From Candidatus Omnitrophota bacterium (lineage in GTDB: Bacteria > Omnitrophota > Gorgyraeia > Gygaellales > Profunditerraquicolaceae): a stretch of 64,000 bases of DNA. Each line of letters starts with the position of its first letter. Within the stretch, counting starts at the first letter, position 1. The notes under the pieces were generated by a model. The model searched no databases, was not told the origin of the DNA, and was given only the letters and a program-made list of their open reading frames with translations. Shown here piece by piece: positions 28,436 through 37,422 of this stretch. Position numbers and translations under genes: made by a program. The stretch lies in assembly GCA_028716965.1 (NCBI GenBank), contig JAQUOV010000001.1, forward strand, positions 6,448 through 70,447, in the 5' to 3' direction.

Positions 28436-29655
28436 CTGTGGTTTTGGCTAGCGGAGGCCAAACCACGGCCCTCTGGCCTGTCCGTAAGCGCGGCAATACC
28501 GGGTAAGGTCTTACCCTCCAAAAACTCCAGGCTTGCCCCGCCCCCAGTTGAAATATGTGACATTTTATCTTCCAGTTTGAATTTTGCAATAGCCGCCGCA
28601 GTATCCCCACCGCCAATAATTGAAATGCAAGCTAACCTACCGATAAATTCAGCTAACTCTTGCGTGCCCTTGCTGAAAGCATCCATTTCAAATATCCCCA
28701 TCGGGCCGTTCCAAACAATGGTTTTGGCAGATTTTAATTTCTCTTCAAACAATTTAACCGTCTTTGGCCCGATATCCACGGCAATCTTGCCGTCAGGTAT
28801 ATTCTCGCCTGCTATTTCAACCGCAGCATTTGCATCTATATTATCAACCACTATGTTATCAATGGGCAAAAGGATCTCTTTATTCAACTGTTTGGCTTTA
28901 TCTAAAGTTGATTTTGCTAAATCCAGTTTCTCTTTTTCCAGCTTGGAGTTACCGATCTGTTTACCTTCAGCCTTAAGGAATGTATATGCCATTCCGCCGC
29001 CAACAATAATTGCGTCACACTTAGGCAGCAGGTTCTCAATAACCCCGATCTTATCCGAAACTTTGGCCCCGCCTAAAATAACTACAAAGGGCTTCTGCGG
29101 ATCCTTAACTGCGTCGCCTAAATACTTGATCTCCTTCTCTAAAAGCAGCCCTGCGGCTGATTTTAAAAAATGTGCCACCCCTTCTGTTGAGGCATGAGCG
29201 CGGTGCGCCGTGCCAAAAGCATCATTGATGAATACATCCCCTAAAGATGCAAGCTGTTTGGAAAAGTTAGCATCGTTGGCTTCTTCTTCAGGATGATATC
29301 TTAAATTCTCCAGTAAAACCACCCTTGCTTTTGAATTATCAATATCCCGTTTAATATTTACTCCTGTACAATCATCCAGGAACAGCACATCCTGCCCCAA
29401 GAGCTCTTTTAAACGTCCGGCTACCGGTTTAAGGCTGTATTTAGCAACCGGCTTTCCGTCCGGCCGGCCCAAGTGGCTCATCAACACTAATTTCTTAGCG
29501 CCATGCTCTAAGATATATTTCAAAGTAGGCAAGGTTGCCCGTATGCGCGTATCATCGGTAATATTCAGGCTGGCATCCTGCGGAACATTAAAATCCGCAC
29601 GCACCAATACCGTTTTATCTTTTAAATCAACATCTTTTAAAGTCAGCTTCGCCAT
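28432..29655 (-). CDS. pgk: Phosphoglycerate kinase with repeat-derived C-terminal extension
   Basis: MAKLTLKDVDLKDKTVLVRADFNVP... The ATG at 29655 is preferred because GGAGG lies 8 nt upstream; the track start at 29670 is a GTG. The C-terminus ...LPGIAALTDRPEGRGLASASQNHR is extended by a family C repeat unit up to the tpiA start. Confidence 0.95.
   Translation of the reverse strand: MAKLTLKDVDLKDKTVLVRADFNVPQDASLNITDDTRIRATLPTLKYILEHGAKKLVLMSHLGRPDGKPVAKYSLKPVAGRLKELLGQDVLFLDDCTGVNIKRDIDNSKARVVLLENLRYHPEEEANDANFSKQLASLGDVFINDAFGTAHRAHASTEGVAHFLKSAAGLLLEKEIKYLGDAVKDPQKPFVVILGGAKVSDKIGVIENLLPKCDAIIVGGGMAYTFLKAEGKQIGNSKLEKEKLDLAKSTLDKAKQLNKEILLPIDNIVVDNIDANAAVEIAGENIPDGKIAVDIGPKTVKLFEEKLKSAKTIVWNGPMGIFEMDAFSKGTQELAEFIGRLACISIIGGGDTAAAIAKFKLEDKMSHISTGGGASLEFLEGKTLPGIAALTDRPEGRGLASASQNHR
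28436..28478. repeat. Repeat family C copy at the pgk 3' end (in frame)
   Basis: TGGCTAGCGGAGGCCAAACCACGGCCCTCTGGCC encodes PEGRGLASASQNHR in the same frame as the recX and etfA copies. Confidence 0.7.
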
Positions 29656-29671
29656 TAATAACTCCTCCACA

Positions 29672-29758
29672 AGGGGGACACCTGTGCAACATTAGACACA
29701 AGGCAACACTAGCCAATTCCATTCGGGCCAGGTGCCAATCAGCGCGGGGTGCCCCTTC
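29672..29758. repeat. Repeat family B (degenerate copy) between gap and pgk
   Basis: CCACAAGGGGGACACC...CCAATTCC...CAGCGCGGGGTG shares blocks with 18711-18843 and 47401-47513. Confidence 0.45.
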
Positions 29759-30811
29759 CTATAATCCTTTTTTAACAATATACTCGCACAAATCAACTAC
29801 GCGGTTTGAATACCCCCACTCATTATCATACCAGGAAAGTACTTTAATAAAATCGTCCTGGATAACCTTGGTGCATTTACCATCAACTATCGAACTTAAT
29901 ACACAATGGTTAAAATCAACGGAGACTATCGGGTCTTCCGTATATCCGAGTATCCCTTTCATCGCCCCTTCTGCAGCTGCCTTAAAAGCGGCGTTAAGCT
30001 CTTCCACGGTGACTTTCTTGGCTAAAGTTGCGGAAAGATCAACTACCGAAACATTTGGCGTAGGAACGCGGATGGCGAAACCATCCAATTTTCCTTTTAA
30101 CTCAGGAATAACCAATGATAAAGCCTTGGCCGCTCCGGTTGAAGTAGGGATCATAGAAACCGCCGCAGCCCTGGAACGGCGCAAATCTGAGTGCGCCATA
30201 TCCTGTAATTTCTGGTCATTGGTATAGGAATGGATTGTCGTCATCAACCCCTTAACAATCCCCCAGTTATCATTCATCACTTTGGCGATTGGAGCAAGGC
30301 AGTTAGTAGTGCAGGAGGCGTTGGAGATTACATGATGATTTTTCGGCTCATATTTTGACTCATTGACACCAAGCACTATAGTTATATCCTCACCCTCGGC
30401 AGGAGCCGAAATTATAACTTTTTTAGCCCCCCCCTTGGTTATGTGATTCTCCGCGCCCTTAACTGCTTTACCTTTCTTATTCACCCCGTCTTTCTTAATA
30501 GTGAATAAGCCTGTAGATTCAATTACAATCTCTATCCCTAAATCTTTCCAGGGCAATTCTGCGGGGTCAGTCTTCTTTAAGACCTTGACCTCTTTCCCGT
30601 TTACAGAGATCACGTCTTCAGCGGTAGCTTTTACATCCCCGTTAAAACGGCCGTGCACCGAATCATATTTAAAAAGATACGCGTTGCTTTTGGCGTCGGT
30701 CAAATCATTGATCGCCACAAGCTCAATATCTTTACTGTTCTTTTCTAAAATTGCCCGCGCCACCAAACGTCCGATCCTGCCGAATCCGTTAATCCCAACT
30801 TTAACAGCCAT
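29759..30811 (-). CDS. gap: Glyceraldehyde-3-phosphate dehydrogenase
   Basis: [15 protein letters not shown]..., [10 protein letters not shown] active site. Confidence 0.95.
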   Translation of the reverse strand: MAVKVGINGFGRIGRLVARAILEKNSKDIELVAINDLTDAKSNAYLFKYDSVHGRFNGDVKATAEDVISVNGKEVKVLKKTDPAELPWKDLGIEIVIESTGLFTIKKDGVNKKGKAVKGAENHITKGGAKKVIISAPAEGEDITIVLGVNESKYEPKNHHVISNASCTTNCLAPIAKVMNDNWGIVKGLMTTIHSYTNDQKLQDMAHSDLRRSRAAAVSMIPTSTGAAKALSLVIPELKGKLDGFAIRVPTPNVSVVDLSATLAKKVTVEELNAAFKAAAEGAMKGILGYTEDPIVSVDFNHCVLSSIVDGKCTKVIQDDFIKVLSWYDNEWGYSNRVVDLCEYIVKKGL

Positions 30812-30927
30812 CTTGAGCTCCTTCTGCTTTTATTTAGCGAAATCCCGTGAGTACATCAAAATCTTTATAATTTCCGAAGGGGAATAAGAAAATTTTGATG
30901 TGGTTACGAACGGGATAAATCCTCCCC

Positions 30928-31929
30928 TTACTTATCTTTTTCTTTTAGATACTGCGCGGCTAATTCGGGCGAGGTTGGATCAAGGTAAAAACCGGTCCCC
31001 CACTCAAAACCTGCTACTTGCGTCAGCTTAGGCATAATCTCAATATGCCAGTGGTAATACTCAACATCAGCTTCGCCGTTAATAGGCGCTGAATGAATTA
31101 TATAATTATATGACAAATTTTCAAATACTTTTTTTAGTTTCGCTAACGTGTCCTTTAAAATCTGCGCTAACGCAACAACCTCTTCTCCGGATATGTGGCA
31201 GAAATACCCGCTGTGCTGTTTAGGCATGATCATGATCTCAAACGGGAAACGCGAAACAAACGGGCAGAACGAAATAAAATACTTATTCTCCAGGATCACC
31301 CTTGCCTTATCGGAAATCTCCTGGCGGATTATATCGCAAAATATGCAGCGCTCGCGGTAATTATAATAATCGCGCGCGCCGTGGATCTCCTCCAGCGCGT
31401 TTTTCGGCACCATCGGAAGCGCTACCAGCTGCGTATGCGGATGCTCCAGGGAGGCCCCGGCTGCTGAGCCATAATTACGGAATATCATTATATATTTAAA
31501 ACGGCTGTCTTTTTTTAAGTCCGCCGCGCGCACACAACACATCTTCAGGTAACTTTCAATCTCTGCCTGCAAAAGTTCGGGGATATCTTTATTATGATAC
31601 GGGCTTTCAATTAAAACCTCATGGGCGCCAACCCCGTTTGACATATCGTAAATACCCAAACCCCTGCGGTCAAGCTCGCCTTCAATCTGCAAAGCGGGAA
31701 ATTTATTGGCTACCACGCGTACCTGCCAGCCCGGGCTGTTTGCTCCGGTAGAAGGGTCGCGAAAACAGCTTATTTCGGGAGGGGTCATAAACTCATTGCC
31801 ATAACAAAACGGGCACAAACCCCCCATAGGGATATACTGTTCATATTGAAAATCCCCGGGCTTGTTCGGGTGGTCCGTATCCACGATCACCCAACGCCCG
31901 ACAACCGGGTCCCTTCTTAATTCCGCCAT
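30928..31929 (-). CDS. Galactose-1-phosphate uridylyltransferase-like HIT family enzyme (copy 1, catalytic His-Pro-His intact)
   Basis: CPFCYGNE zinc motif, ...LEHPHTQLVALP (HPH nucleophile motif), YHWHIEIMP. Confidence 0.7.
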   Translation of the reverse strand: MAELRRDPVVGRWVIVDTDHPNKPGDFQYEQYIPMGGLCPFCYGNEFMTPPEISCFRDPSTGANSPGWQVRVVANKFPALQIEGELDRRGLGIYDMSNGVGAHEVLIESPYHNKDIPELLQAEIESYLKMCCVRAADLKKDSRFKYIMIFRNYGSAAGASLEHPHTQLVALPMVPKNALEEIHGARDYYNYRERCIFCDIIRQEISDKARVILENKYFISFCPFVSRFPFEIMIMPKQHSGYFCHISGEEVVALAQILKDTLAKLKKVFENLSYNYIIHSAPINGEADVEYYHWHIEIMPKLTQVAGFEWGTGFYLDPTSPELAAQYLKEKDK

Positions 31930-31930
31930 T

Positions 31931-32953
31931 TTAAATCTTTACCTCCCTTAAGAATTTAGTTGTTTCTTCGGGAGGGAGCGGGCAAATATAAAAACCTGTC
32001 CCCCATTCAAAACCCGCTACCTTCGTCAAACGCGGCATAATCTCAATATGCCAATGATAATCCTGGTCAATGGTTTTCCAATAGCCTACTTTCTGCCTGC
32101 GGAACGGCGCGGTATGGATCACATAATTATAATCAGGGTCATTTAGCCCTATCTTTAATTTCAAAAGTACGGTTTTAAGCACGCGCGCCAGGTTTCTCCT
32201 GGATTCCGCATCCATACAGGTATAATCGCAACAGTGTTTTTTAGGCAAGATCCAGGCCTCAAAAGGAAAGCGCGCGGCAAAAGGAGCAACCGCTACAAAA
32301 CCATCAAACTCGGCGATCACACGTTCCTTCTGTTTCAGTTCTTGCTTGATTAAATCACAGAACACGCAGCGCTCATGGTAATCGTAATATTGGCGCGATC
32401 CGGCCAGTTCCTCTTTTACGCGTTTAGGGTTAACCGGCGTAGCGATCAACTGCGAGCGCGAATGCCTTATACCACCGCCTCCGGATCCTCTACCGTAGTT
32501 TTTAAACACCAGCACATATTTAAGCCGATGGTCTTTCTCTAAATCCATTATCCTATCGGAATAACAATTGAGCACTTTGGTGATTTGCTCTTCACTCAAA
32601 TCTGCCATATTAGCAATGTGCTGATTTGTTTCAATTACGACTTCATGCGCTCCCAAACCATTCATTACATCATACATGCCATTCCCGCGCCGGTCCAGAT
32701 CACCCTCGATCCTTAAAAAAGGCGCGATACTGGGGACAACACGTAAATCCCAACCGGGGCCGTTTCGCTCAGAGTTACGCACCCGTATGGCGTAAATCTC
32801 AGGAGGGGTTTTTGATTCCCTGCCTTCGCAGAATGGGCAGGCGCTGTGGTCCTCCGGTTCTCTATGACTTTCAAACTGGTCAGGCCGGCGGGCACGCTCG
32901 GTGGCAATAATTACCCATCTACCTATAATCGGATCTTTTCTTAATTCTGGCAT
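31931..32953 (-). CDS. GalT-like HIT family paralogue (copy 2, nucleophile His replaced)
   Basis: Same architecture (CPFCEGRE, YHWHIEIMPRL), but the HPH motif reads IRHSRSQLIATP, so the His166-equivalent is Arg. Confidence 0.65.
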   Translation of the reverse strand: MPELRKDPIIGRWVIIATERARRPDQFESHREPEDHSACPFCEGRESKTPPEIYAIRVRNSERNGPGWDLRVVPSIAPFLRIEGDLDRRGNGMYDVMNGLGAHEVVIETNQHIANMADLSEEQITKVLNCYSDRIMDLEKDHRLKYVLVFKNYGRGSGGGGIRHSRSQLIATPVNPKRVKEELAGSRQYYDYHERCVFCDLIKQELKQKERVIAEFDGFVAVAPFAARFPFEAWILPKKHCCDYTCMDAESRRNLARVLKTVLLKLKIGLNDPDYNYVIHTAPFRRQKVGYWKTIDQDYHWHIEIMPRLTKVAGFEWGTGFYICPLPPEETTKFLREVKI

Positions 32954-32996
32954 AGAAATAAATTATAACAGAACTTCTGTAACTTGCAACATAAAT

Positions 32997-33011
32997 CATA
33001 GACAGTGTATG
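32997..33011. promoter_or_regulatory. Palindromic operator-like motif CATAGACAGTGTATG
   Basis: 44 nt upstream of GalT-like copy 2. Near-identical to 62397-62411 (CATAGACAGTCTATGTAATT) and related to 39946-39958. Confidence 0.45.
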
Positions 33012-33068
33012 TAATTTTATTAAAATCAGATAGTTACAAAACAAATAATTCAACCTTCCTATAATAAA

Positions 33069-34013
33069 CTATTTGTTTTTTCCTAATATTTCCCCTGCCA
33101 CCAGCTTGTGTCCTATAATAAAATTCTGGCCGGACATACGCTTCCCGGCTTCCAACTGTAATTCTTTGAGATTTAAGAACCCTCTTCCGCAAGCTACGAC
33201 AATACCCTGCTTATCCGCCCTGATCACCTCTCCGGGTACGACCCGGTGATTAGGGAATACCGGTAATACATCCGCTTGGAATATTTTAAGTATTTTACCG
33301 CCATAGCCCGTAAATGCGCCCGGCCAGGGCAAAACCCCTCTTATCTGATTATGGATATCTACCGCGGGAGTATGCCAATCAATTAAGCCGTCTTCTTTCT
33401 TCAGCTTTGGCGCCAGGATTACCTTATCCTCATCCTGCTCTAACAAACGATAACTCCTGCTGTCAATTAACTTAAGCGCATCCATTAACAACTCCGCTCC
33501 CAAATAACGCAATTTCTCCTCAAGGCTTAGCGCAGTATCATTCTCTTCAATCTTTATCTCCTTTTGCAGGATAACCGGCCCTGAATCCATTTTAAGGCTC
33601 ACATACATAATAGTTACCCCTGTCTTCTTCTCCGCGTTAATTACCGCCCAATTAATCGGCGCGGCCCCGCGGTAAGCAGGAAGAAGCGAGGCATGAATAT
33701 TGAGCGGCATGATCTTCGGGATATCCAAAACCTCCTGTGAGAATATCTGGCCATAGGCAACAATAATAAAAAGGTCGGCATCCAGGTCTTTCAGGAAATT
33801 TACGCTTTCCCTGCTCTTAATCTTTTCCGGCTGGAATGTTTTCAGCCCTGCCGCAGCAGCTGTGCCCTTAACATCCGTGCCTGCCAGATGCAAATGCCTG
33901 CCCTTTTTCTTATCCGGTTGCGTAACCACGCAGACGATCTCATGCTTGCTTTTTACCAAAGCCTCAAGCGCCGGAACTGCAAAATGCGCGCTGCCAAAGA
34001 ATACAATCTTCAT
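33069..34013 (-). CDS. fmt: Methionyl-tRNA formyltransferase
   Basis: MKIVFFGSAHFAVPALEAL..., NIHASLLPAYRGAAPINWAVI. Confidence 0.85.
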   Translation of the reverse strand: MKIVFFGSAHFAVPALEALVKSKHEIVCVVTQPDKKKGRHLHLAGTDVKGTAAAAGLKTFQPEKIKSRESVNFLKDLDADLFIIVAYGQIFSQEVLDIPKIMPLNIHASLLPAYRGAAPINWAVINAEKKTGVTIMYVSLKMDSGPVILQKEIKIEENDTALSLEEKLRYLGAELLMDALKLIDSRSYRLLEQDEDKVILAPKLKKEDGLIDWHTPAVDIHNQIRGVLPWPGAFTGYGGKILKIFQADVLPVFPNHRVVPGEVIRADKQGIVVACGRGFLNLKELQLEAGKRMSGQNFIIGHKLVAGEILGKNK

Positions 34014-34032
34014 AATATGTAGTAAATAGTAT

Positions 34033-34401
34033 TTAGTATGTAGGACTATTCTCTAAAGAGGCTATCACGGCACGTAACATCCTACCTATTTCATTAATTA
34101 AAGAATCAATTTTGTTTAAGTTTAAACGAAAACCTAAATCTTTAGCTAAAATCACATAATAATGTAGTTCACTTAAGGAGCCTTGAGAAATGTTATAAAA
34201 ATAAATCTTGTCTTTCTTTCCTCTTCTCTTAAATCCCTCGGCAATATTTGCAGGAAAGGAAACCGCCGATCTTCTCATCTGAGAAATCAATCCAAATTTT
34301 TCTTCCTCGGGGAAATATTGCGTAGCCTTATATGCTTCCAGAACCAACTCATGACTTTCTTGCCATACAGTTAAATCTCTAAAACTTTCTATCTTCTTCA
34401 T
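34033..34401 (-). CDS. Four-helix-bundle protein (23S rRNA intervening-sequence protein family)
   Basis: FRDLTVWQESHELVLEAYKATQYFPEEEKFGLISQMRRSAVSFPANIAEGF is the family signature. Confidence 0.7.
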   Translation of the reverse strand: MKKIESFRDLTVWQESHELVLEAYKATQYFPEEEKFGLISQMRRSAVSFPANIAEGFKRRGKKDKIYFYNISQGSLSELHYYVILAKDLGFRLNLNKIDSLINEIGRMLRAVIASLENSPTY

Positions 34402-34422
34402 CCTTATCCCTATATACTTTCT

Positions 34423-36408
34423 TTATACCGGGTCAACATCCACAGTCACTATTATACCTGAATAATGCCCTTCTTTTAAGTGTAATCTTAGGAAACGGCT
34501 TGCCTTTTCCGCGCTTGATGCGCTGATTAATATTTGATAATAAAAATTCCCGCGTAATTTAGGCGGCTGTCCGGTACTAAGCGATAACATTTTTACGCCG
34601 GGGGCATTAACTTGGCTTAACCTCTCAAATAAATCCCGGGCAGCTTTTTTAACTGCCTCCGAGTTTATCCCCCTGAGCTTTATCAATACCATATGCCTAT
34701 AAGGCGCCAGATTCAACTGTTTGCGCTGCCTTAGCTCTTCTTTTAAGAAAATCTGCTGGTCGTTCTTGATTAACGCCTGAAAACAATGGTGACTGACATT
34801 TACGCTTTGAATGATCATTTTCTTAGAAGTCAAGCTGGCCAACCCCATAAGCAAAGCGAATGTCTTCTCCGCGGCCCTAAAGTCCACCCGGTTAAGCGAG
34901 TTATCTATCGCCATTACCCCTATTAAATCAAAACTTAAATCCTGATGCTTTATGACCGAGCTGGTTGCCACAAAAACATCCGCATCCGGATTTAGGCCCG
35001 GCTTATTTTCTCCGCCGAATATTTTTACGCGCGCCTGCGGGAAAACCTTGGCTAACTCGCTCTCCACCTTTTCTGTGCCTATCCCTGAATATTTGATGTA
35101 TCCGGTATTGCAGCTTGGGCAGATCTTAGGCACCTCCATCTTAAAGTTGCAATGGTGGCATTTTAACCTGTCCTCATCAAAATGAAATACCAGGTTAATA
35201 TTACAGCGCGGGCATTTTAAAGCCACTCCGCAATTATGGCAGGCGGCGCTGGTGGCAAAACCTTTGCGCTCAATAAACAACAGGAGCTTTCCTTTTTCAG
35301 TCAAGGTTGTATAAATTGCATCCGACAAAAACTTTGAAAATATGGGCTTATTTTTTCTATCCCTGTATGGAAGCCGGCGGGCGTCAATAACTTTGACCTG
35401 GGGGTATGCGGTTTTAGCGGGGACGACTTCAAATTTCAGTTTATCTTTCTGCCCAAGATAAAAACTCTCCAGGGAAGGAACACAGCCGCCCAAAACGGCC
35501 TTTGCGCCGCAGATCTTAGCGCGCATTAACGCAACTTGCCTGGCGTGATAATGCGGCACCTGTTCCTGCTTATAAACCTGGTTCTGCTCCTGGTCAACTA
35601 TAATCAGACCCAGATTATTTACGGGGGAAAAAATACTTGAACGCGTCCCAACAACAATAGAGCATTGCTGTTGCCTGATCCCTTCCCAAACTTTAAGCTC
35701 CTTCGGCTGCTTGCGGAAGGCCAAAGAAACCTCCGTACCTAACTCTTTTTCAATTAATTCCTTGGCCTTTTCTGCCTCCGGGATATCGCTGAATAAAATA
35801 ATCGCTGAACGCTTAAGCGCCCAAGCCTCTTTAATCTCTCTCAAATAAACCTGCATCCGGTCAAGGCCCTGGACAAAATGTACGTCATTGCCAGGCGTAA
35901 CAGGCAGAAGAAGCGACCGAGGGCGAAATGCCCGGGGGAGTGCCGGGTCCGTCCGGACGAGGCCAATCTCGTCTTCCTTGTCATCGCCAACCCAACCTCT
36001 CGCTACCTCCCTGCCTTTCCTTAATTCATCCGGAAGCGCAGTTTCAATCGCCTCCCCCCAGGAACAACAGTAATATTCCGCAAGTCCCCTGGTTAACAGC
36101 AACATTTTTTTGTCTAACACAGGCGCTGTATCAATAAGCGTTGAAATCTCTTTTATTTTCTTGATCCTTGTCTTACTACTTAAGCCGACGACATAAGCGA
36201 CCTCTTTTTTGTTGCGGAAATTCACCCAGACCCTGGCTCCCACGGATATTTTATTTGCCATATCCGGCTGGACTAAGTAATCAAAGGGGCCGTCAATGGG
36301 CAGGCCCAATACAACCTTAGCGTATAACACTGGATATCTCCCGGCAGGCAGACGGCTTGGCCGCCTGTATAACATTTTCCTTAAAACTTTCCAGCTTCTG
36401 CGGATCAT
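34423..36408 (-). CDS. priA: Primosomal protein N' (PriA) homologue with degenerate ATPase/helicase motifs and an in-frame repeat insertion
   Basis: PriA N-terminal 3'BD/WH region and the Cys4-Cys4 zinc region (CHNCGVALKCPRCN...CHHCNFKMEVPKICPSCN) are intact. Motif I reads FVQGLDRM instead of GxxGSGKT. Motif II reads DQEQ instead of DEEH. Motif III reads GCV instead of SAT. The motif VI arginines are absent. Residues 147-176 are encoded by a 90-nt family A repeat. The start is uncertain: 36408 overlaps the upstream GT28 gene, and an alternative ATG lies at 36375. Confidence 0.75.
   Translation of the reverse strand: MIRRSWKVLRKMLYRRPSRLPAGRYPVLYAKVVLGLPIDGPFDYLVQPDMANKISVGARVWVNFRNKKEVAYVVGLSSKTRIKKIKEISTLIDTAPVLDKKMLLLTRGLAEYYCCSWGEAIETALPDELRKGREVARGWVGDDKEDEIGLVRTDPALPRAFRPRSLLLPVTPGNDVHFVQGLDRMQVYLREIKEAWALKRSAIILFSDIPEAEKAKELIEKELGTEVSLAFRKQPKELKVWEGIRQQQCSIVVGTRSSIFSPVNNLGLIIVDQEQNQVYKQEQVPHYHARQVALMRAKICGAKAVLGGCVPSLESFYLGQKDKLKFEVVPAKTAYPQVKVIDARRLPYRDRKNKPIFSKFLSDAIYTTLTEKGKLLLFIERKGFATSAACHNCGVALKCPRCNINLVFHFDEDRLKCHHCNFKMEVPKICPSCNTGYIKYSGIGTEKVESELAKVFPQARVKIFGGENKPGLNPDADVFVATSSVIKHQDLSFDLIGVMAIDNSLNRVDFRAAEKTFALLMGLASLTSKKMIIQSVNVSHHCFQALIKNDQQIFLKEELRQRKQLNLAPYRHMVLIKLRGINSEAVKKAARDLFERLSQVNAPGVKMLSLSTGQPPKLRGNFYYQILISASSAEKASRFLRLHLKEGHYSGIIVTVDVDPV
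35883..35970. repeat. Repeat family A (long form) inserted in frame in priA
   Basis: CGTCATTGCCAGG...GAAGCGACCGAGGGCGAAATGCCCGGGGGAGTGCCGGGTCCGTCCGGACGAGGCCAATCTC. Collinear with the intergenic copy at 46326-46413 and encodes EIGLVRTDPALPRAFRPRSLLLPVTPGNDV. Confidence 0.75.
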
Positions 36409-37414
36409 TCTTTAATTCAACAACCAGCGCCTTTATCTGCTTGATGCCTTCCGGCGCGCACCCTACCCCATAACCGGCTAATATATTGATATTCTCCTGC
36501 TCCTGCCCGGGGATAGCCGAAATAAATATAGGGATTAATCCCATGTTCAGCAGTTCAGCTATGCTTAAACCTCCGGGCTTAGTGACGATGATATCGGAAA
36601 CCCCCATAAGCTCTTCGGCGTTATTGACAAACCCGAATGTTTTTACATTCTCCAGGTCCTTCTTTTGCAGGCGGCTAAAAAGTTTCTTATTTTTTGCGCA
36701 GACTACCAATACCTGCACCTGCGCGCAGGCACAAAGGCTTTCGGCAATCTCCTCAAGCGGGCCTGACCCAAACGAGCCGGTCATCAGCAAAACCGTAAAC
36801 TTATTGCCAGCTATGCCTAACTTTTCCGCCAGTTGAGCCCTGTTTTTATCTCTGGTAAAACTGGAACTTATCGGGATACCGGAATCCTGGATCTGCTCTT
36901 CAGGTACCCCCATATTCAATAATTTATCCCTGGTCGCCCTTGACGCGGCAATATAAATATCCGTGCCCTTAGAGACCCAAAACGGATGCACCCCGAAATC
37001 CGTAATTACCGTAACCAGCTTTGCCCGGATTTTATTCCTTAGCTTCAGGTTAGCAACCAGCTCTGAATTGAGAAAATGCGTGGAAATAATAAAATCAAAA
37101 TCTTCTTTAATTAAATATCTAACGAATTTGCGGCAGCCAAGATAATTTACGATGAAAGATGATTTACGGCTTAGCCAGCGGGTAGGTTTAAACTCGGTCA
37201 TCCAGAAAAAGGACCCCCAGAGCCAAATAGCATAATGCACTAAAAACGGATAACCCGAATTATAACAGAAACGAAAGAAACGGCTGGCAAAAGGCAGGAT
37301 ATCAACCAGCTCAAGCGCAAGCTCCTTGCGGTTATTTTTCAAATAATCATATATTGCCTCAGCCGCTCTGCGGTGCCCTGCCCCTGCTGAAGCATAAGTT
37401 ATTAATACTCTCAT
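36317..37414 (-). CDS. Glycosyltransferase family 28 (MGDG synthase / UgtP-like diacylglycerol glycosyltransferase)
   Basis: MRVLITYASAGAGHRRAAEAI..., C-terminal GT-B domain (…VTKPGGLSIAELL…). Confidence 0.65.
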   Translation of the reverse strand: MRVLITYASAGAGHRRAAEAIYDYLKNNRKELALELVDILPFASRFFRFCYNSGYPFLVHYAIWLWGSFFWMTEFKPTRWLSRKSSFIVNYLGCRKFVRYLIKEDFDFIISTHFLNSELVANLKLRNKIRAKLVTVITDFGVHPFWVSKGTDIYIAASRATRDKLLNMGVPEEQIQDSGIPISSSFTRDKNRAQLAEKLGIAGNKFTVLLMTGSFGSGPLEEIAESLCACAQVQVLVVCAKNKKLFSRLQKKDLENVKTFGFVNNAEELMGVSDIIVTKPGGLSIAELLNMGLIPIFISAIPGQEQENINILAGYGVGCAPEGIKQIKALVVELKNDPQKLESFKENVIQAAKPSACREISSVIR

Positions 37415-37422
37415 TCTTTTTT

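Noticed and set aside
30853-30901. 10-bp inverted repeat ACATCAAAAT...ATTTTGATGT between galT-like and gap as a terminator
   Set aside because: The stem is AT-rich and the loop is 29 nt, and neither strand has a U-tract. A protein-binding site is possible but there is no supporting evidence.
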